Assembly (NCBI GenBank): GCA_049287205.1
Contig: JBAQFJ010000001.1
Span: 447,041-511,040, forward strand
Source: Microgenomates group bacterium
GTDB lineage: Bacteria > Patescibacteriota > Microgenomatia > UBA10105 > UBA927
Direction of reading: 5' to 3'
DNA length: 64,000 nt
Shown here: in pieces, positions 49,929 through 60,489 of the stretch
How the letters are laid out: each line of letters begins with the position of its first letter
Numbering within the stretch: position 1 is the stretch's first letter
Position numbers and translations under genes: made by a program
The notes under the pieces: model-generated
Told to the model about the DNA's origin: nothing
The model's input: the letters and a program-made list of their open reading frames with translations, nothing else
Databases searched by the model: none

Positions 49929-52732
49929 ATGATTTCCTTCGCAATAGTATCGGACTTCACACGTTCTAGTACATCTTTCGGCAGTGATTCATATTCCTTT
50001 GGCAAATGCAGCGTTATAACATCACTCACCAAACATTTCCTCTCTTTTCTCAAGCCCTGTACTTTACGAATCAAGTCACGCATTTTTCCTTCATCAATCA
50101 AGTCTTGCGTCAATATCGTATCGAGCGTTACCTGAATCTCATCAGTACTCTTATTTTCCATCGTTAGTGTTTTTATATTTGTTTCTTCCAATACAACGGC
50201 AATAAATTCATCCGCAAGCTGCATGGATCCGCCGGAAATGGTTGCCTGTTTAAGCGGTTGCCGAACTGCAATTCCCAACTCTTTTCGTTTTGCATGAATT
50301 TTTTCTACAATGAGTCTTGCGTTCGTCATGGATTGTTCAAGCTCCATATTGATTGCTTTCTCATCAAACGTTGGCCAATCAGCTAAATGAATAGACGTCC
50401 CGTTGCCCCCTACATTTTGAAAAATGCGTTCTGTTATAAACGGCGTTATCGGCGCCATGACTTTCACAAGCTCTCGGATAACCCATCCGCATACGTTTCT
50501 GGCGGTTTTGTCTTCACGAATCCTGTCGCGGCTTCTCCTGAGATACCACGTAGAAAGAACATCAACAAATTCAGAAATATGCCGGCAGGCAAGTACGGTA
50601 TCATACCCGTCCAGCGCGAGGGTCACATCACGGATAAGTATGTTCGTCTTACTGACAATCCACGTATCCAAAATATGCACTTGTGTAGGCTCAACAATTA
50701 TTTCCCTTTCAGTTTTATACAACTGATAAAAACTAAAGACATTCCATAAAATGTTGATCACCCGCTGATACACATCTTTGACTGCATTTTCAGAAAAATT
50801 AATATTTTCCGCTTTCATAACAACTGAACTCATCAGATAAAACCGCAGGGCATCAACGCCGTATTTTTCAAATACGATGTTCGGATCCGGAAAATTCCGT
50901 TTTGATTTGCTCATCTTTTCCCCGTTTTCCGCAAGGATTGTCCCCGACGTCACCGCATTTTCAAATGTATGCGTGCCAAAAAGCCCGACAGACATGACAT
51001 GCAACGTATAAAACCACGCGCGGGTCTGCGCGATGTATTCAGAAATAAATTGTGCGGGATGAGTACTTTCGAATTTTTCTTTGTTTTCAAACGGATAATG
51101 AATAGATGCGTATGGCATGCTGCCTGATTCCACCCAACAATCAAACACTTCAGGAATCCGTTTCCCTTTTTTCGTTTTTGCATCATCTACCCAAAGTTCA
51201 ATGTCATCCAAATACTGCCTATGAATATTTGTTATATCTTTGACTAATTCAGGATCCACTGCCCATTTTTTGAATTCCTCAATAGATCCAACAATTCGTC
51301 TCGTTACTTTTCCTTCCGCGTCTGTGTATGCCCAAATTGGCATCGGCGTTCCCCAATATCTACTCCTGGAAACATTCCAATCAGGTGCTTGCTCCAGCCC
51401 TTTACCAAATCGTCCCTCTTTTAGATAGGAAGGATACCAATTGATGTTTTGATTTTGTGCAATAAGCTCCGGTTTGATCTTTTGTACATCGATAAACCAC
51501 GCAGGAACCGGCGCATAGTATAAACGCGTCTCACACCGATAACAGGTAGGAACACTGTGGGTGATCCGTTCTTCCTTATACAGAAGTCCCCTACTTTTTA
51601 AATCTTCATCAATGAGTGGATTTGCTTTTAAAATATACATGCCTGCCCATGGAGTCACTTCTTTTTTTAATTTTCCATCTGTATCCACGTGTTCTGCAAG
51701 TTGAATATGATGTTTTTTCATCACACGATAATCATCTTCCCCATACACAGCAAGGGTTACAATGCCTGTTCCTTCAGATGCCGTAACATACTCATCTGCA
51801 ACAATGATGAACGCCTCTTCATCTTTGGTTCTCTCTGGATAAAAATCATAGAGCGGCTCAAATTTCATACCGTGCAGCTCTGCACCCGTCATTTTTTTCA
51901 CAATTTCATACGGACGTTCATCCAATATTTCAAGCCGGGTTTCCGCCACTATATATATTTCTTTGCCTTGCTTTGCAAATACATAGGTAAGATTTGGATT
52001 AACAGCAAGTGCAGTTGTGACAAGTTTAGTCCATGGTGTTGTAGACCACGCAAGAAAATAGGTGTCTTCCAATCCGATAGCTTTAAACTTATATGTGGTC
52101 GACGCTTCCTCCACATCTTTATAACTGTTATCCATGGCAATTTCAAAATTGGAAAGTGGAGTTGCGCACCGAGGGCAATACAAAATAACTTTTCTTCCTT
52201 CATACACGAGTTCTTTTTCAAAAAGCGTTTTAAACGCCCACCACACAGACTCCATATAGGTTGTATCCATGGTTTTATACGAATGTTTGAAGTCTACCCA
52301 ACGGCCAATACGCCTGACAACTTTTTCCCATTCTTTGTCAAAACGTAATATTGCGTCCCTGCATACATCGTTGAATTTCCCGACGCCCATTTCCTCAATT
52401 CCTTTTTTTCCGCCTTTCAGTCCCAATTCTTTTTCGATCATGTTTTCTATCGGCACTCCATGACAATCCCATCCCCATACCCGATCAACACGATATCCTT
52501 TCATTGTGTAGTATCGTGGAATTACATCTTTGATAGTTGATGCGAGTATATGTCCATAATGCGGAAGACCGGTTGCAAACGGAGGACCGTCATAAAATAC
52601 ATATTGCTTGTCCGCGGGTCTTGAAGAAACGGATACTTCAAATGCGTGTGTCTCGTCCCAAAACGCCAACACGTCATGCTCCCATGCAGGTATATTTGTT
52701 TTTTCGCCAGTGGTTGTCTGTAGTGTAGCCAT
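49886..52732 (-). CDS. ileS: isoleucyl-tRNA synthetase
   Basis: 948 aa; class I HIGH-type motif PHYGH and KMSKS, editing domain, anticodon-binding domain. Confidence 0.95.
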   Translation of the reverse strand: MATLQTTTGEKTNIPAWEHDVLAFWDETHAFEVSVSSRPADKQYVFYDGPPFATGLPHYGHILASTIKDVIPRYYTMKGYRVDRVWGWDCHGVPIENMIEKELGLKGGKKGIEEMGVGKFNDVCRDAILRFDKEWEKVVRRIGRWVDFKHSYKTMDTTYMESVWWAFKTLFEKELVYEGRKVILYCPRCATPLSNFEIAMDNSYKDVEEASTTYKFKAIGLEDTYFLAWSTTPWTKLVTTALAVNPNLTYVFAKQGKEIYIVAETRLEILDERPYEIVKKMTGAELHGMKFEPLYDFYPERTKDEEAFIIVADEYVTASEGTGIVTLAVYGEDDYRVMKKHHIQLAEHVDTDGKLKKEVTPWAGMYILKANPLIDEDLKSRGLLYKEERITHSVPTCYRCETRLYYAPVPAWFIDVQKIKPELIAQNQNINWYPSYLKEGRFGKGLEQAPDWNVSRSRYWGTPMPIWAYTDAEGKVTRRIVGSIEEFKKWAVDPELVKDITNIHRQYLDDIELWVDDAKTKKGKRIPEVFDCWVESGSMPYASIHYPFENKEKFESTHPAQFISEYIAQTRAWFYTLHVMSVGLFGTHTFENAVTSGTILAENGEKMSKSKRNFPDPNIVFEKYGVDALRFYLMSSVVMKAENINFSENAVKDVYQRVINILWNVFSFYQLYKTEREIIVEPTQVHILDTWIVSKTNILIRDVTLALDGYDTVLACRHISEFVDVLSTWYLRRSRDRIREDKTARNVCGWVIRELVKVMAPITPFITERIFQNVGGNGTSIHLADWPTFDEKAINMELEQSMTNARLIVEKIHAKRKELGIAVRQPLKQATISGGSMQLADEFIAVVLEETNIKTLTMENKSTDEIQVTLDTILTQDLIDEGKMRDLIRKVQGLRKERKCLVSDVITLHLPKEYESLPKDVLERVKSDTIAKEIIWAETLDITTSSQS

Positions 52733-52912
52733 AAAAAAACCGCCCTCCTTTATTATTACACAAAGGACGAACGGATGTTCGTGGTACCACCTTAGTTACT
52801 TCTTAATTTCAGCTGTTTCGGGCATACCCGGAATAGTCTACTCGTCTTTTTTTTAAAGACTTTCTTTATTCAAGCGATTCTCTGTTGATAGCAGATAATG
52901 ACGCTTTTTGCT
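52733..52912 (-). ncRNA. T-box leader (tRNA-Ile-sensing riboswitch) of ileS
   Basis: On the minus strand: AGAGA box (CAACAGAGAATCGC), ATC triplets in the putative specifier region, T-box sequence AACTAAGGTGGTACCACGA, then hairpin CGAACATCCGTTCG and AAGGAGGG RBS before the ileS ATG. Confidence 0.6.
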
Positions 52913-52918
52913 TTTCTT

Positions 52919-52947
52919 AGTATAGCAAGATAACTGTTTATCTTCAA
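52919..52947 (-). promoter_or_regulatory. sigma70-like promoter TTGAAG-17-TATACT driving the ileS T-box leader
   Basis: Minus-strand hexamers read directly (plus coordinates 52942-52947 and 52919-52924) with 17-nt spacing. Confidence 0.55.
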
Positions 52948-53056
52948 TAAAATGTTTTTATACGACTGTGTGTCAGAAAACTAATACAACTAAATCATCA
53001 AAAAGATGAACGAGAAAAATCTCGGTTGTATTAGTTTCATTATAGATATGCAATTG

Positions 53057-53320
53057 TTATATGCTCGGAAAAATATCCGGCCGGACAGCACTTACTCCAA
53101 ACCAAATCCAACCTTTTTTGTACGCTGGGTACTCGACTCTTTCAATAACAAGAGTCTTTGGCAGATTTTTTACTTCTTCCTTCAGCGGCGTGGGGTAAAA
53201 AAATACCGTCGGTTTTGTGCCATACATTTTTTCATAATACGCCATCATTGTTTCGATCTTTTGTTGCAAACTACTTCCTTTTACTTTTCTTAATTGAACT
53301 AACATTCCAGTGTGCATCAT
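53057..53320 (-). CDS. hypothetical small protein (87 aa)
   Basis: GGAGG RBS before ATG 53320; no motif recognised; preceded by an unusually long leader. Confidence 0.4.
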   Translation of the reverse strand: MMHTGMLVQLRKVKGSSLQQKIETMMAYYEKMYGTKPTVFFYPTPLKEEVKNLPKTLVIERVEYPAYKKGWIWFGVSAVRPDIFPSI

Positions 53321-53504
53321 TCCTCCAATGAATTGTCCCTAGCGACATAATTGATATACTTTCCATAAACGAACCCCCAATTGCGCACAGAAAACGTCTA
53401 TGAACAATTGGAAGTTCGTTCTTATATCTATAATGGTAAAGAGCGTTATTTCAAACAGATCCTCTCAACGAGGGGTTTAAAGTAAACACAATAGGCAGGC
53501 TTCT

Positions 53505-53533
53505 ATTATACCCTATAGTAACAAAAGTGGCAA
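53505..53533 (-). promoter_or_regulatory. near-consensus sigma70 promoter TTGCCA-17-TATAAT with a ~185-nt leader before ORF 53057-53320
   Basis: Minus-strand hexamers at plus coordinates 53528-53533 and 53505-53510, spacing 17; the -10 box overlaps the 12-mer TATACCCTATAG that also occurs at 42893-42904. Confidence 0.45.
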
Positions 53534-53540
53534 AAATCCG

Positions 53541-54980
53541 TCATTGAACGATTCTGTAGAGCCTTGCTCCACCGACTGCGTTTTGAAGTATAATTTTATC
53601 GGCTTTTTCCATATTCCCGATCGCGCTGTTCCAATTTTCATTGGATTCAAGCGTCTGTGTGAGCCATTGATCGGGTCTCGTATCAACAACCAGATAGTCA
53701 GGATGTCCACCAAAATCCAACCACCAGCAAAGTTTTTGTCCGCACGGCATTTCATCAATATCATGCTGCCTCGGCCACACCAGATATATTTCTTTTCTAT
53801 GCGACAAATGAGGAACAAGATTTTGCTGTGCTGCAACAGATGCGTTTTTAGGAACGAGTGTGAGCAACTGTCGAGTATTATTCATCCATGGTTCTTCTTT
53901 CCAGTATTCAGACTTTGTCAATTTATTTAACGGAAAATGAAACACATATTGCAAGAGCATAGAAACACAAAGAAGAATAACTGAAACATATACAACGCGA
54001 ATTTTTCTTGCGCGAAGAAATGCCAACGTATCAATGGTTCCAAGAACCAAAAATGGAGCAAGAATTGCTCGATGATGCATAAACGGACTCCACATTCTGG
54101 CAAATTCCGGTCCCGTGACAAAATACTGAGACAAATCCATGAGAACTGCAATCAGGCTGCCTGGAGAAAAAACGGGAAAAAAGGAAAACGTTGAATAACT
54201 GTACAACCACACCTGTCTCTTTTCCTCGCTGTTAAATAATTGGGTAAACGCATCACCGATGCTTGTCGGCAATTGTGGCCAGTATTGATACCCGACAGGA
54301 GAAAACAGGGCAGATATTTTTACGGCAAGTAAACTATACGAAACGCCCACTATTCCGACGAGGAGTGCTTTTTTCCACTGACTCTTACGGAAGAAAAATA
54401 TGGCTGCCAGTCCTGCGATGGCTATTCCCATATTTTCCTGCGTTGCTAGGCCGACAACAAGCATGATCCAAAACAACACTTTTTTATTATATTCCCAAAA
54501 ATAGGCAAGCCAAGAAATAATGGCAACACCGATGATAATCGGATGGAAATCAAAATACACGCCAAATTGAATGCCGTAAAATAAACTGTACATGATGCCC
54601 ACACAAAAGGCTGAAAAAGAAGAAGACAAACGTTTTTTTGCAATCAAAAATATGGGGATGGCGGACGTTACGATGACAAGCGCCTGAACAATAAGCAGCA
54701 TACGCACGTTGTCCCACAAATAAAATAGGATGCCAAATACAGGCATGGTCAATACAAAGTGGTCACCGAACAAAATACGATCTTTAATTGTATTGTAGGG
54801 CCCCAGCATATGGCCGAATTTCCACACCGCTTGATCAAACAATCCCAAATCAAATGCGCCTGATTGAAAATGATTATGACGAATGATAGAAAGCGTGCTA
54901 TAGAGAATGGTAAGGATAAGACAATACAAAAGAAAAAGAATAAATGAATGCTTTTGAAATACATTCTGAAGCGATTTCAT
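53541..54980 (-). CDS. DUF2079-like polytopic membrane protein (putative GT-C glycosyltransferase)
   Basis: 479 aa; ~12 TM helices; first loop GAFDLGLFDQAVW resembles the DUF2079 signature loop. Confidence 0.55.
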   Translation of the reverse strand: MKSLQNVFQKHSFILFLLYCLILTILYSTLSIIRHNHFQSGAFDLGLFDQAVWKFGHMLGPYNTIKDRILFGDHFVLTMPVFGILFYLWDNVRMLLIVQALVIVTSAIPIFLIAKKRLSSSFSAFCVGIMYSLFYGIQFGVYFDFHPIIIGVAIISWLAYFWEYNKKVLFWIMLVVGLATQENMGIAIAGLAAIFFFRKSQWKKALLVGIVGVSYSLLAVKISALFSPVGYQYWPQLPTSIGDAFTQLFNSEEKRQVWLYSYSTFSFFPVFSPGSLIAVLMDLSQYFVTGPEFARMWSPFMHHRAILAPFLVLGTIDTLAFLRARKIRVVYVSVILLCVSMLLQYVFHFPLNKLTKSEYWKEEPWMNNTRQLLTLVPKNASVAAQQNLVPHLSHRKEIYLVWPRQHDIDEMPCGQKLCWWLDFGGHPDYLVVDTRPDQWLTQTLESNENWNSAIGNMEKADKIILQNAVGGARLYRIVQ

Positions 54981-55053
54981 ATACTATGATGGTATCATAA
55001 ACACCAATCAGGAAGGAAACACACAACTGAATGAATACACAAATATATGTATG

Positions 55054-56229
55054 TCAATTTCTCTGACGTAAGAATGCGGGAATTTCAAATTCATCATCCT
55101 CGGGCGGAACATCAGTAGGTGGGGTAAATACAGGCGATGTCGATTGCTGTTGTTGCATGGTTTGTTGCGATGTTTGTTGTGAGGACGGTTGTTGCATTGG
55201 CCGCGGTGAATATCCTTGTCCGAATCCTGTTTGTGTCATACCACGCGCAGCGGACATCTCACGAAGGCGTTTTTTCGTTTCATCAAATCCTGTTGCTATA
55301 ACGGAAATTTTTACCTGATCAACTAAACTCTCATCAATTGTGGCACCGAAAATAATGTTTGCATCCGGATCAACCGCTCCTGCAATTTGCTTGGCTGCCT
55401 CATCGACTTCTGCCATAGTCAAATCTGCTCCTCCGGTGATATTAAAGAGTACGCCCTTTGCGCCTTCCACTGACATCTCAAGAAGTGGAGAGGACACTGC
55501 AGTTCTCGCTGCAGTAGCTGCCCTGTTTTCTCCCACTCCTGTTCCAATACCCATCAGCGCCGAGCCCGCGTTTGTCATAATTGACCTGACGTCTGCAAAA
55601 TCCACATTAATAAGCCCCGGCATGGTAATCAAATCGGATATTCCCTGCACACCTTGACTTAACACGGAATCTGCAACACGGAACGCTTCAAGCAATGTTA
55701 GTTTTTTATCAATCACTTCAAGAAGTCGTTGATTTGGAATTACAATAAGTGTGTCAACTTTATCTTTCAGGTTCATGATGCCTTCTTCGGCTGACACCAT
55801 GCGTCTCGTTCCTTCAAATCGAAATGGTTTTGTAACAACGGCAACCGTGAGTGCTCCCTGTTCTTTGGCAATTTCTGCAAATATCGGAGCTGCACCTGTT
55901 CCTGTTCCTCCACCTTCTCCACAAGTAATAAACACCATGTCACAATCGCGCAAGTACTCCTTAATTTTTTCCCGTGATTCTTCTGCGGCCTGTCTCCCCA
56001 CTTCGGGATTACCGCCCGCACCAAGCCCGCGTGTGACATTGTCGCCGATTTGAATTTTTGTCTGTGCCAAGTTTGTCAGAAGCACTTGTGCATCTGTATT
56101 CACAGCAATAAAGTCCACACCTTTGATGGTGCCGGCTGCAATCATGGAATTAACCGCGTTACTTCCTCCTCCTCCAATGCCGACGACTTTAATTTTTGCA
56201 AATCTCGCAATCTCCGGTTTAATCAACAT
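55054..56229 (-). CDS. ftsZ: cell division GTPase FtsZ
   Basis: 391 aa; tubulin signature GGGTGTG and T7 loop NVDFAD; Q/P-rich C-terminal linker. Confidence 0.95.
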   Translation of the reverse strand: MLIKPEIARFAKIKVVGIGGGGSNAVNSMIAAGTIKGVDFIAVNTDAQVLLTNLAQTKIQIGDNVTRGLGAGGNPEVGRQAAEESREKIKEYLRDCDMVFITCGEGGGTGTGAAPIFAEIAKEQGALTVAVVTKPFRFEGTRRMVSAEEGIMNLKDKVDTLIVIPNQRLLEVIDKKLTLLEAFRVADSVLSQGVQGISDLITMPGLINVDFADVRSIMTNAGSALMGIGTGVGENRAATAARTAVSSPLLEMSVEGAKGVLFNITGGADLTMAEVDEAAKQIAGAVDPDANIIFGATIDESLVDQVKISVIATGFDETKKRLREMSAARGMTQTGFGQGYSPRPMQQPSSQQTSQQTMQQQQSTSPVFTPPTDVPPEDDEFEIPAFLRQRN

Positions 56230-56271
56230 AACGTATCGTTTCCTCAGAGGCAGATACTGAAGATCTCGTTT

Positions 56272-57576
56272 CTAGGGCAGAAATGACTTTATCAGATTTA
56301 TAAGCTTTCCTGCAACACCTTTCATTGGAATCTTGTCGCCAAGCTTTCCAAAACCTTTAAATAATGGCCCGTTGTCATTCTTTTCTGATTTCACTCCGTA
56401 TAACAAAAGTCCAACACTCGCTGCATATGCAGGTGTAACAATTTCTTCGATAAGACCGGAAATATTTTTTGGAGTACCGACATGCACCGGCATTGCTAAA
56501 TTCCGTCTAGCGCACTCTACTGCTCCGACTGTTAATGCTCCTCCACCGGTAAGTACAACACCGGACGGTGTCATACCACCAAATCCGCTTTTTTTAATTT
56601 CCAGTCCGACAAGTGAAAATATTTCGTTCAACCTCGGTTTTACGATTCCTTCAACTAACGTTTTTCGTGAAACTGTTTTCATTTCTTCAATCAGTTGCAA
56701 ATCGCTGACATCCAGTTCATCTGATTTATCAACCTTTGCTTTCCCAGACGGCACTTCATCCTCCTCTGGCAATACCGGAAGCTTTGGTTGTGTACCAAGT
56801 GCAAGCTTAATTTTTTCAGCGCTTTCCAAGGATATGCGAAGTCCTGCCGCCAAATCTTTTGTAATATTAATTGCGCCGACGGGAATAACTGAAGAATAGG
56901 AAAGTGCACCGTCCACATAAATAGCAACATCAGTCGTTCCGCCACCGATATCAACGAGTACCACCCCTAATTCTTTTTCTGTATCAGAAAGTGTTGCTGA
57001 TGCAGACGCAAGTCCGCCAAATACGATTCCTTCCACTTCTACTCCCAAATCCTCAACACATTTATATAAATTACGGATTGCAATGGAACCACCTGTTATA
57101 AGATGCGTATCCACTTCAAGCCGCACACCCGTCATATTGACCGGATCCACGATTCCCTCCTGCCCATCCACAAGATATCCTCGGGGAATGATATGCAAAA
57201 TTTCACGGGATGATGGCAGTGAAATAGCTTTTGCCGCATCAATAACACGCACCACATCATTTCCGGAAATTTCTTTATCCGGTTCGGCAACCGCAACAAC
57301 ACCATGGGAATTAAGCGATGCTATGTGATTTCCACCGGTCAAAATAAATGCACTCGCTACGGATACACCCGCCATTCGCTCTGCCGCATCGAGTGAGGAG
57401 GAAATTGCGCCAGTCGCTTCCTCGATGTTCACAATCTGTCCTTTTCGAAGACCGCGGCTCGCAACCGTTGCAACCCCTACGACACGCACATCTTGTTCTT
57501 CTGAAATACTTGCAATCAGCGTAGTAATTTTTGAAGTTCCTATATCAATTCCAGTTAAAATTCGGTCGCGTGCCAT
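56272..57576 (-). CDS. ftsA: cell division protein FtsA
   Basis: 434 aa; actin-fold phosphate-1 GIDIGTSKITTLIA and phosphate-2 VDIGGGTTDVAIY. Confidence 0.9.
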   Translation of the reverse strand: MARDRILTGIDIGTSKITTLIASISEEQDVRVVGVATVASRGLRKGQIVNIEEATGAISSSLDAAERMAGVSVASAFILTGGNHIASLNSHGVVAVAEPDKEISGNDVVRVIDAAKAISLPSSREILHIIPRGYLVDGQEGIVDPVNMTGVRLEVDTHLITGGSIAIRNLYKCVEDLGVEVEGIVFGGLASASATLSDTEKELGVVLVDIGGGTTDVAIYVDGALSYSSVIPVGAINITKDLAAGLRISLESAEKIKLALGTQPKLPVLPEEDEVPSGKAKVDKSDELDVSDLQLIEEMKTVSRKTLVEGIVKPRLNEIFSLVGLEIKKSGFGGMTPSGVVLTGGGALTVGAVECARRNLAMPVHVGTPKNISGLIEEIVTPAYAASVGLLLYGVKSEKNDNGPLFKGFGKLGDKIPMKGVAGKLINLIKSFLP

Positions 57577-57578
57577 AA

Positions 57579-58277
57579 TTAAAATTGAACAACAGGTTTA
57601 TCAAAACGAAGATCAATCGTTTTGGGCATTGTACCTTTTATTCTAAACCCCATAATCAACGTTTGTAAAGTATCCAGTATTGGGCGAATATCCCCTTTTT
57701 GAGGAAAAAATATGTTTGATTCTTGTGTTCTGGCCTGTAATGACACTGTTTCGTAATTTTGTATTTTTCGAATATGCAAAAAAGATTGTGACCCCGCGAT
57801 AATCTCAACCGCTTGTTTTACACCCTCATCCTTGATTGTTTGCCCCATTCTCACCAGAGGGACATCAATCTGAATCACTGGAGCAAGATCATTTCCCAGT
57901 ACGTCCGTCACTATTGCCTCACTGTCAATTCCGACAATTGCCGTACTTGTTTGCAGTCTTGCAATCGGTTGTCTTTTGTACACGACCAATTCCAATGTCG
58001 AAGGAAAATGTTTCCGTATTTCAATTGTTTTAATGAGCGGGTTATCATTTTTAATCTGCGTAATCACGGCGTCCGACTGGAAAAAAATCATATTGCCAAC
58101 AAACTGTTTCGCGTTCACTTCCACTTTCGCGGGATCGCCCGAAACAATAATATTTTTGATTTGAAATAACCGAAGAAGTACATACACGCTTCCAACCGCT
58201 GCGGCAAAAATAAAAACTGCGGCAATTGCACTGCCTATTGTTCGTTTCAATGATACGCTTCTTGCATTCATGAGCAT
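57579..58277 (-). CDS. ftsQ: cell division protein FtsQ/DivIB
   Basis: 232 aa; N-terminal TM, POTRA-like region; position between murG and ftsA. Confidence 0.7.
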   Translation of the reverse strand: MLMNARSVSLKRTIGSAIAAVFIFAAAVGSVYVLLRLFQIKNIIVSGDPAKVEVNAKQFVGNMIFFQSDAVITQIKNDNPLIKTIEIRKHFPSTLELVVYKRQPIARLQTSTAIVGIDSEAIVTDVLGNDLAPVIQIDVPLVRMGQTIKDEGVKQAVEIIAGSQSFLHIRKIQNYETVSLQARTQESNIFFPQKGDIRPILDTLQTLIMGFRIKGTMPKTIDLRFDKPVVQF

Positions 58278-58280
58278 GAT

Positions 58281-59393
58281 TTACAGCAACGAGGTAATTT
58301 CATTGACGATTGCTGTACTTGCGGCAGAATTTTTTTCTTGATCAATAGATATATTTTTTTCAGTATGCGATTTTGTAATTTTCAAAATTTTTTCGTATAG
58401 TTCACTCGATGATACTTTTTGCTGATCAACGATGATCACATCGCCACCAACCGATGCATACCATGTAGCATTTCGAAGTTGTTCTTTAGATCCTGCCCAT
58501 GGCAATGGAAGAAGTACTGCAGGTTTTTTAAGTGCAGCAATTTCTGCAACGGTATTTGCTCCTGATCTTCCAACAATACACTGTGCATGATGCATGATCC
58601 ATGATACATCTTCACTTGCAACGTAGGGCATCGGTATATAGGATGATTTGCTTTCTTCAGGAAGCACATCCATAACAGTGAGCGCTTTTGCATACGATTG
58701 TTGCCCAGTCTGATGAATCACCGTATAGTCACCAACCAAAGAACTGATAAGCGGAAACAGCAGATCATTCATCGACACCGCACCTGTTGTGCCACCGGTA
58801 ATATACAGTATTGGTTTTTTTGAAAGGATGGGAAACGAAACTTTTTCTGGAGCAGCAAGAAATGACGTACGGAGCGGAAGCCCTGTAACATGTACTCTTC
58901 CGTCTTTTTGTTTTTTTATATCAGGAAATGTAAGTAGAATTTTATCTGCAAATTCAGACGCGATTTTATTTGCGAGTCCTAACATATGTGTCTGTTCATG
59001 AATAACAACAGGAATTCCCACAAGCCAACCCGCAATCACAACAGGCAATCCAATATATCCGCCGAATGAAACAATACAGTGGGGTTTTTCCCGTAAACAG
59101 AAAATAAGCGCCTCAAAAAATCCTACTGGAAAAAATAAGAAATCTACAAACGCGTTCAAAGAAAAAATTCTTGAAACTTTACCTGCGTGAATGGCGACAA
59201 AAGGAATATGCAGTTGTTCAATAATTTGTTTTTCTTCTGAAACAAATGTGTTTGTTCTTGCTGTTTTTTCCCTTCCGACAAAAACAATGTCCCAATTTTT
59301 TTTATGTTTCTGTATTTCTTCAATCACAGCAACAGCCGGAGACAAATGTCCGCCTGTTATGCAAATCTTTTTCTTGATATCGATTTTATCCAT
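58281..59393 (-). CDS. murG: UDP-GlcNAc:undecaprenyl-PP-MurNAc-pentapeptide GlcNAc transferase
   Basis: 370 aa; N-terminal ICITGGHLSPAVAV and C-terminal GT28 region (AEIAALKKPAVLLP). Confidence 0.9.
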   Translation of the reverse strand: MDKIDIKKKICITGGHLSPAVAVIEEIQKHKKNWDIVFVGREKTARTNTFVSEEKQIIEQLHIPFVAIHAGKVSRIFSLNAFVDFLFFPVGFFEALIFCLREKPHCIVSFGGYIGLPVVIAGWLVGIPVVIHEQTHMLGLANKIASEFADKILLTFPDIKKQKDGRVHVTGLPLRTSFLAAPEKVSFPILSKKPILYITGGTTGAVSMNDLLFPLISSLVGDYTVIHQTGQQSYAKALTVMDVLPEESKSSYIPMPYVASEDVSWIMHHAQCIVGRSGANTVAEIAALKKPAVLLPLPWAGSKEQLRNATWYASVGGDVIIVDQQKVSSSELYEKILKITKSHTEKNISIDQEKNSAASTAIVNEITSLL

Positions 59394-60489
59394 GAGTTCT
59401 GAATTTACTTATATTAACCAGTATACCAAGTCCGGTCAGAACAACAATGAGACTTGATCCTCCATAGGAAATGAGCGGCAACGGAACACCGGTAAGCGGA
59501 ATAAGCGCGACCATGGCTGCAACGTTCATAATCACCTGATAAGAAATCCACGCTGTTATACCGAGCGCCAAATATTTTCCGAATGGATCTTCAATGCGCC
59601 TGGCAATTTGAAATCCTCTCCAAATGAGTATAAAAAATAGAACGAGTAATCCGACTGCGCCGACAAATCCGATTTCCTCTCCGATAATGGCAAAAATGGA
59701 ATCTGTATTTGCCTCCGGCAAGTATTCATACTTCTGTCTTGATTTCCCAAATCCCACACCAAAAAGCCCGCCGGAACCGAGCGCAATTGTTGCCTGCCTG
59801 ATATGATAGGACGCGCCAAGCGGGTCATTTTCCGGATTAAAAAATGTTGTTAATCGCCTGAACCGATACGGAGAAGATACAGCAAGACCTATGATTCCCA
59901 CAATGAGCGCCGGAACAACATAAGCAAATTGTTTCACAGGCGCTCCTGAAAAAAAATACATAGTCATTGCTGTTGCTACAATAACAAGTGTTGTTCCCAA
60001 ATCCGGTTCAAGAATAATAAGACCGGCAACCATTCCAAGAAGCAACAAAAATGAGACCAGTCTCCCTTTTTCCTTTACTGCAAACCACGCAGATAAATAA
60101 ATAACGAGCGTAAGTTTTGCAAGTTCCGCAGGTTGCAGCACGGTAAATCCCAGATTAATCCACCGTTTTGCACCCAACGCTTTTATTCCGACCCCGGGCA
60201 AAAATACGACCAACAATAAAAACAGCGTGCCGATAAGCATAGGGAATGCTAATTTTTTATAGATTCGGTAATCAACAAATGAAGCAATCGTAAAGACAAC
60301 AAGCCCGAGGATCACCCATTTTAATTGTTCCGTCAGATAATAATATTGATTATTAAAATCACGGATGGCAATGGCAACAGACGAATCGTAGACCATAAGA
60401 AGTCCAAACCCTGATAAGAGAACAACGAGTCCGATGAGTAAATAATCAGGCGGGCCTAGAGTTGATTTATGCAAGTGTAAGAACTTCAT
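59386..60489 (-). CDS. ftsW: SEDS-family lipid II flippase/PG polymerase FtsW
   Basis: Start trimmed to MKFLHLHKST to limit overlap with murD; 10 TM helices, FtsW/RodA family motifs (GFGKSRQKYEYLPEANTDSIFAIIGEE). Confidence 0.8.
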   Translation of the reverse strand: MKFLHLHKSTLGPPDYLLIGLVVLLSGFGLLMVYDSSVAIAIRDFNNQYYYLTEQLKWVILGLVVFTIASFVDYRIYKKLAFPMLIGTLFLLLVVFLPGVGIKALGAKRWINLGFTVLQPAELAKLTLVIYLSAWFAVKEKGRLVSFLLLLGMVAGLIILEPDLGTTLVIVATAMTMYFFSGAPVKQFAYVVPALIVGIIGLAVSSPYRFRRLTTFFNPENDPLGASYHIRQATIALGSGGLFGVGFGKSRQKYEYLPEANTDSIFAIIGEEIGFVGAVGLLVLFFILIWRGFQIARRIEDPFGKYLALGITAWISYQVIMNVAAMVALIPLTGVPLPLISYGGSSLIVVLTGLGILVNISKFRTHG

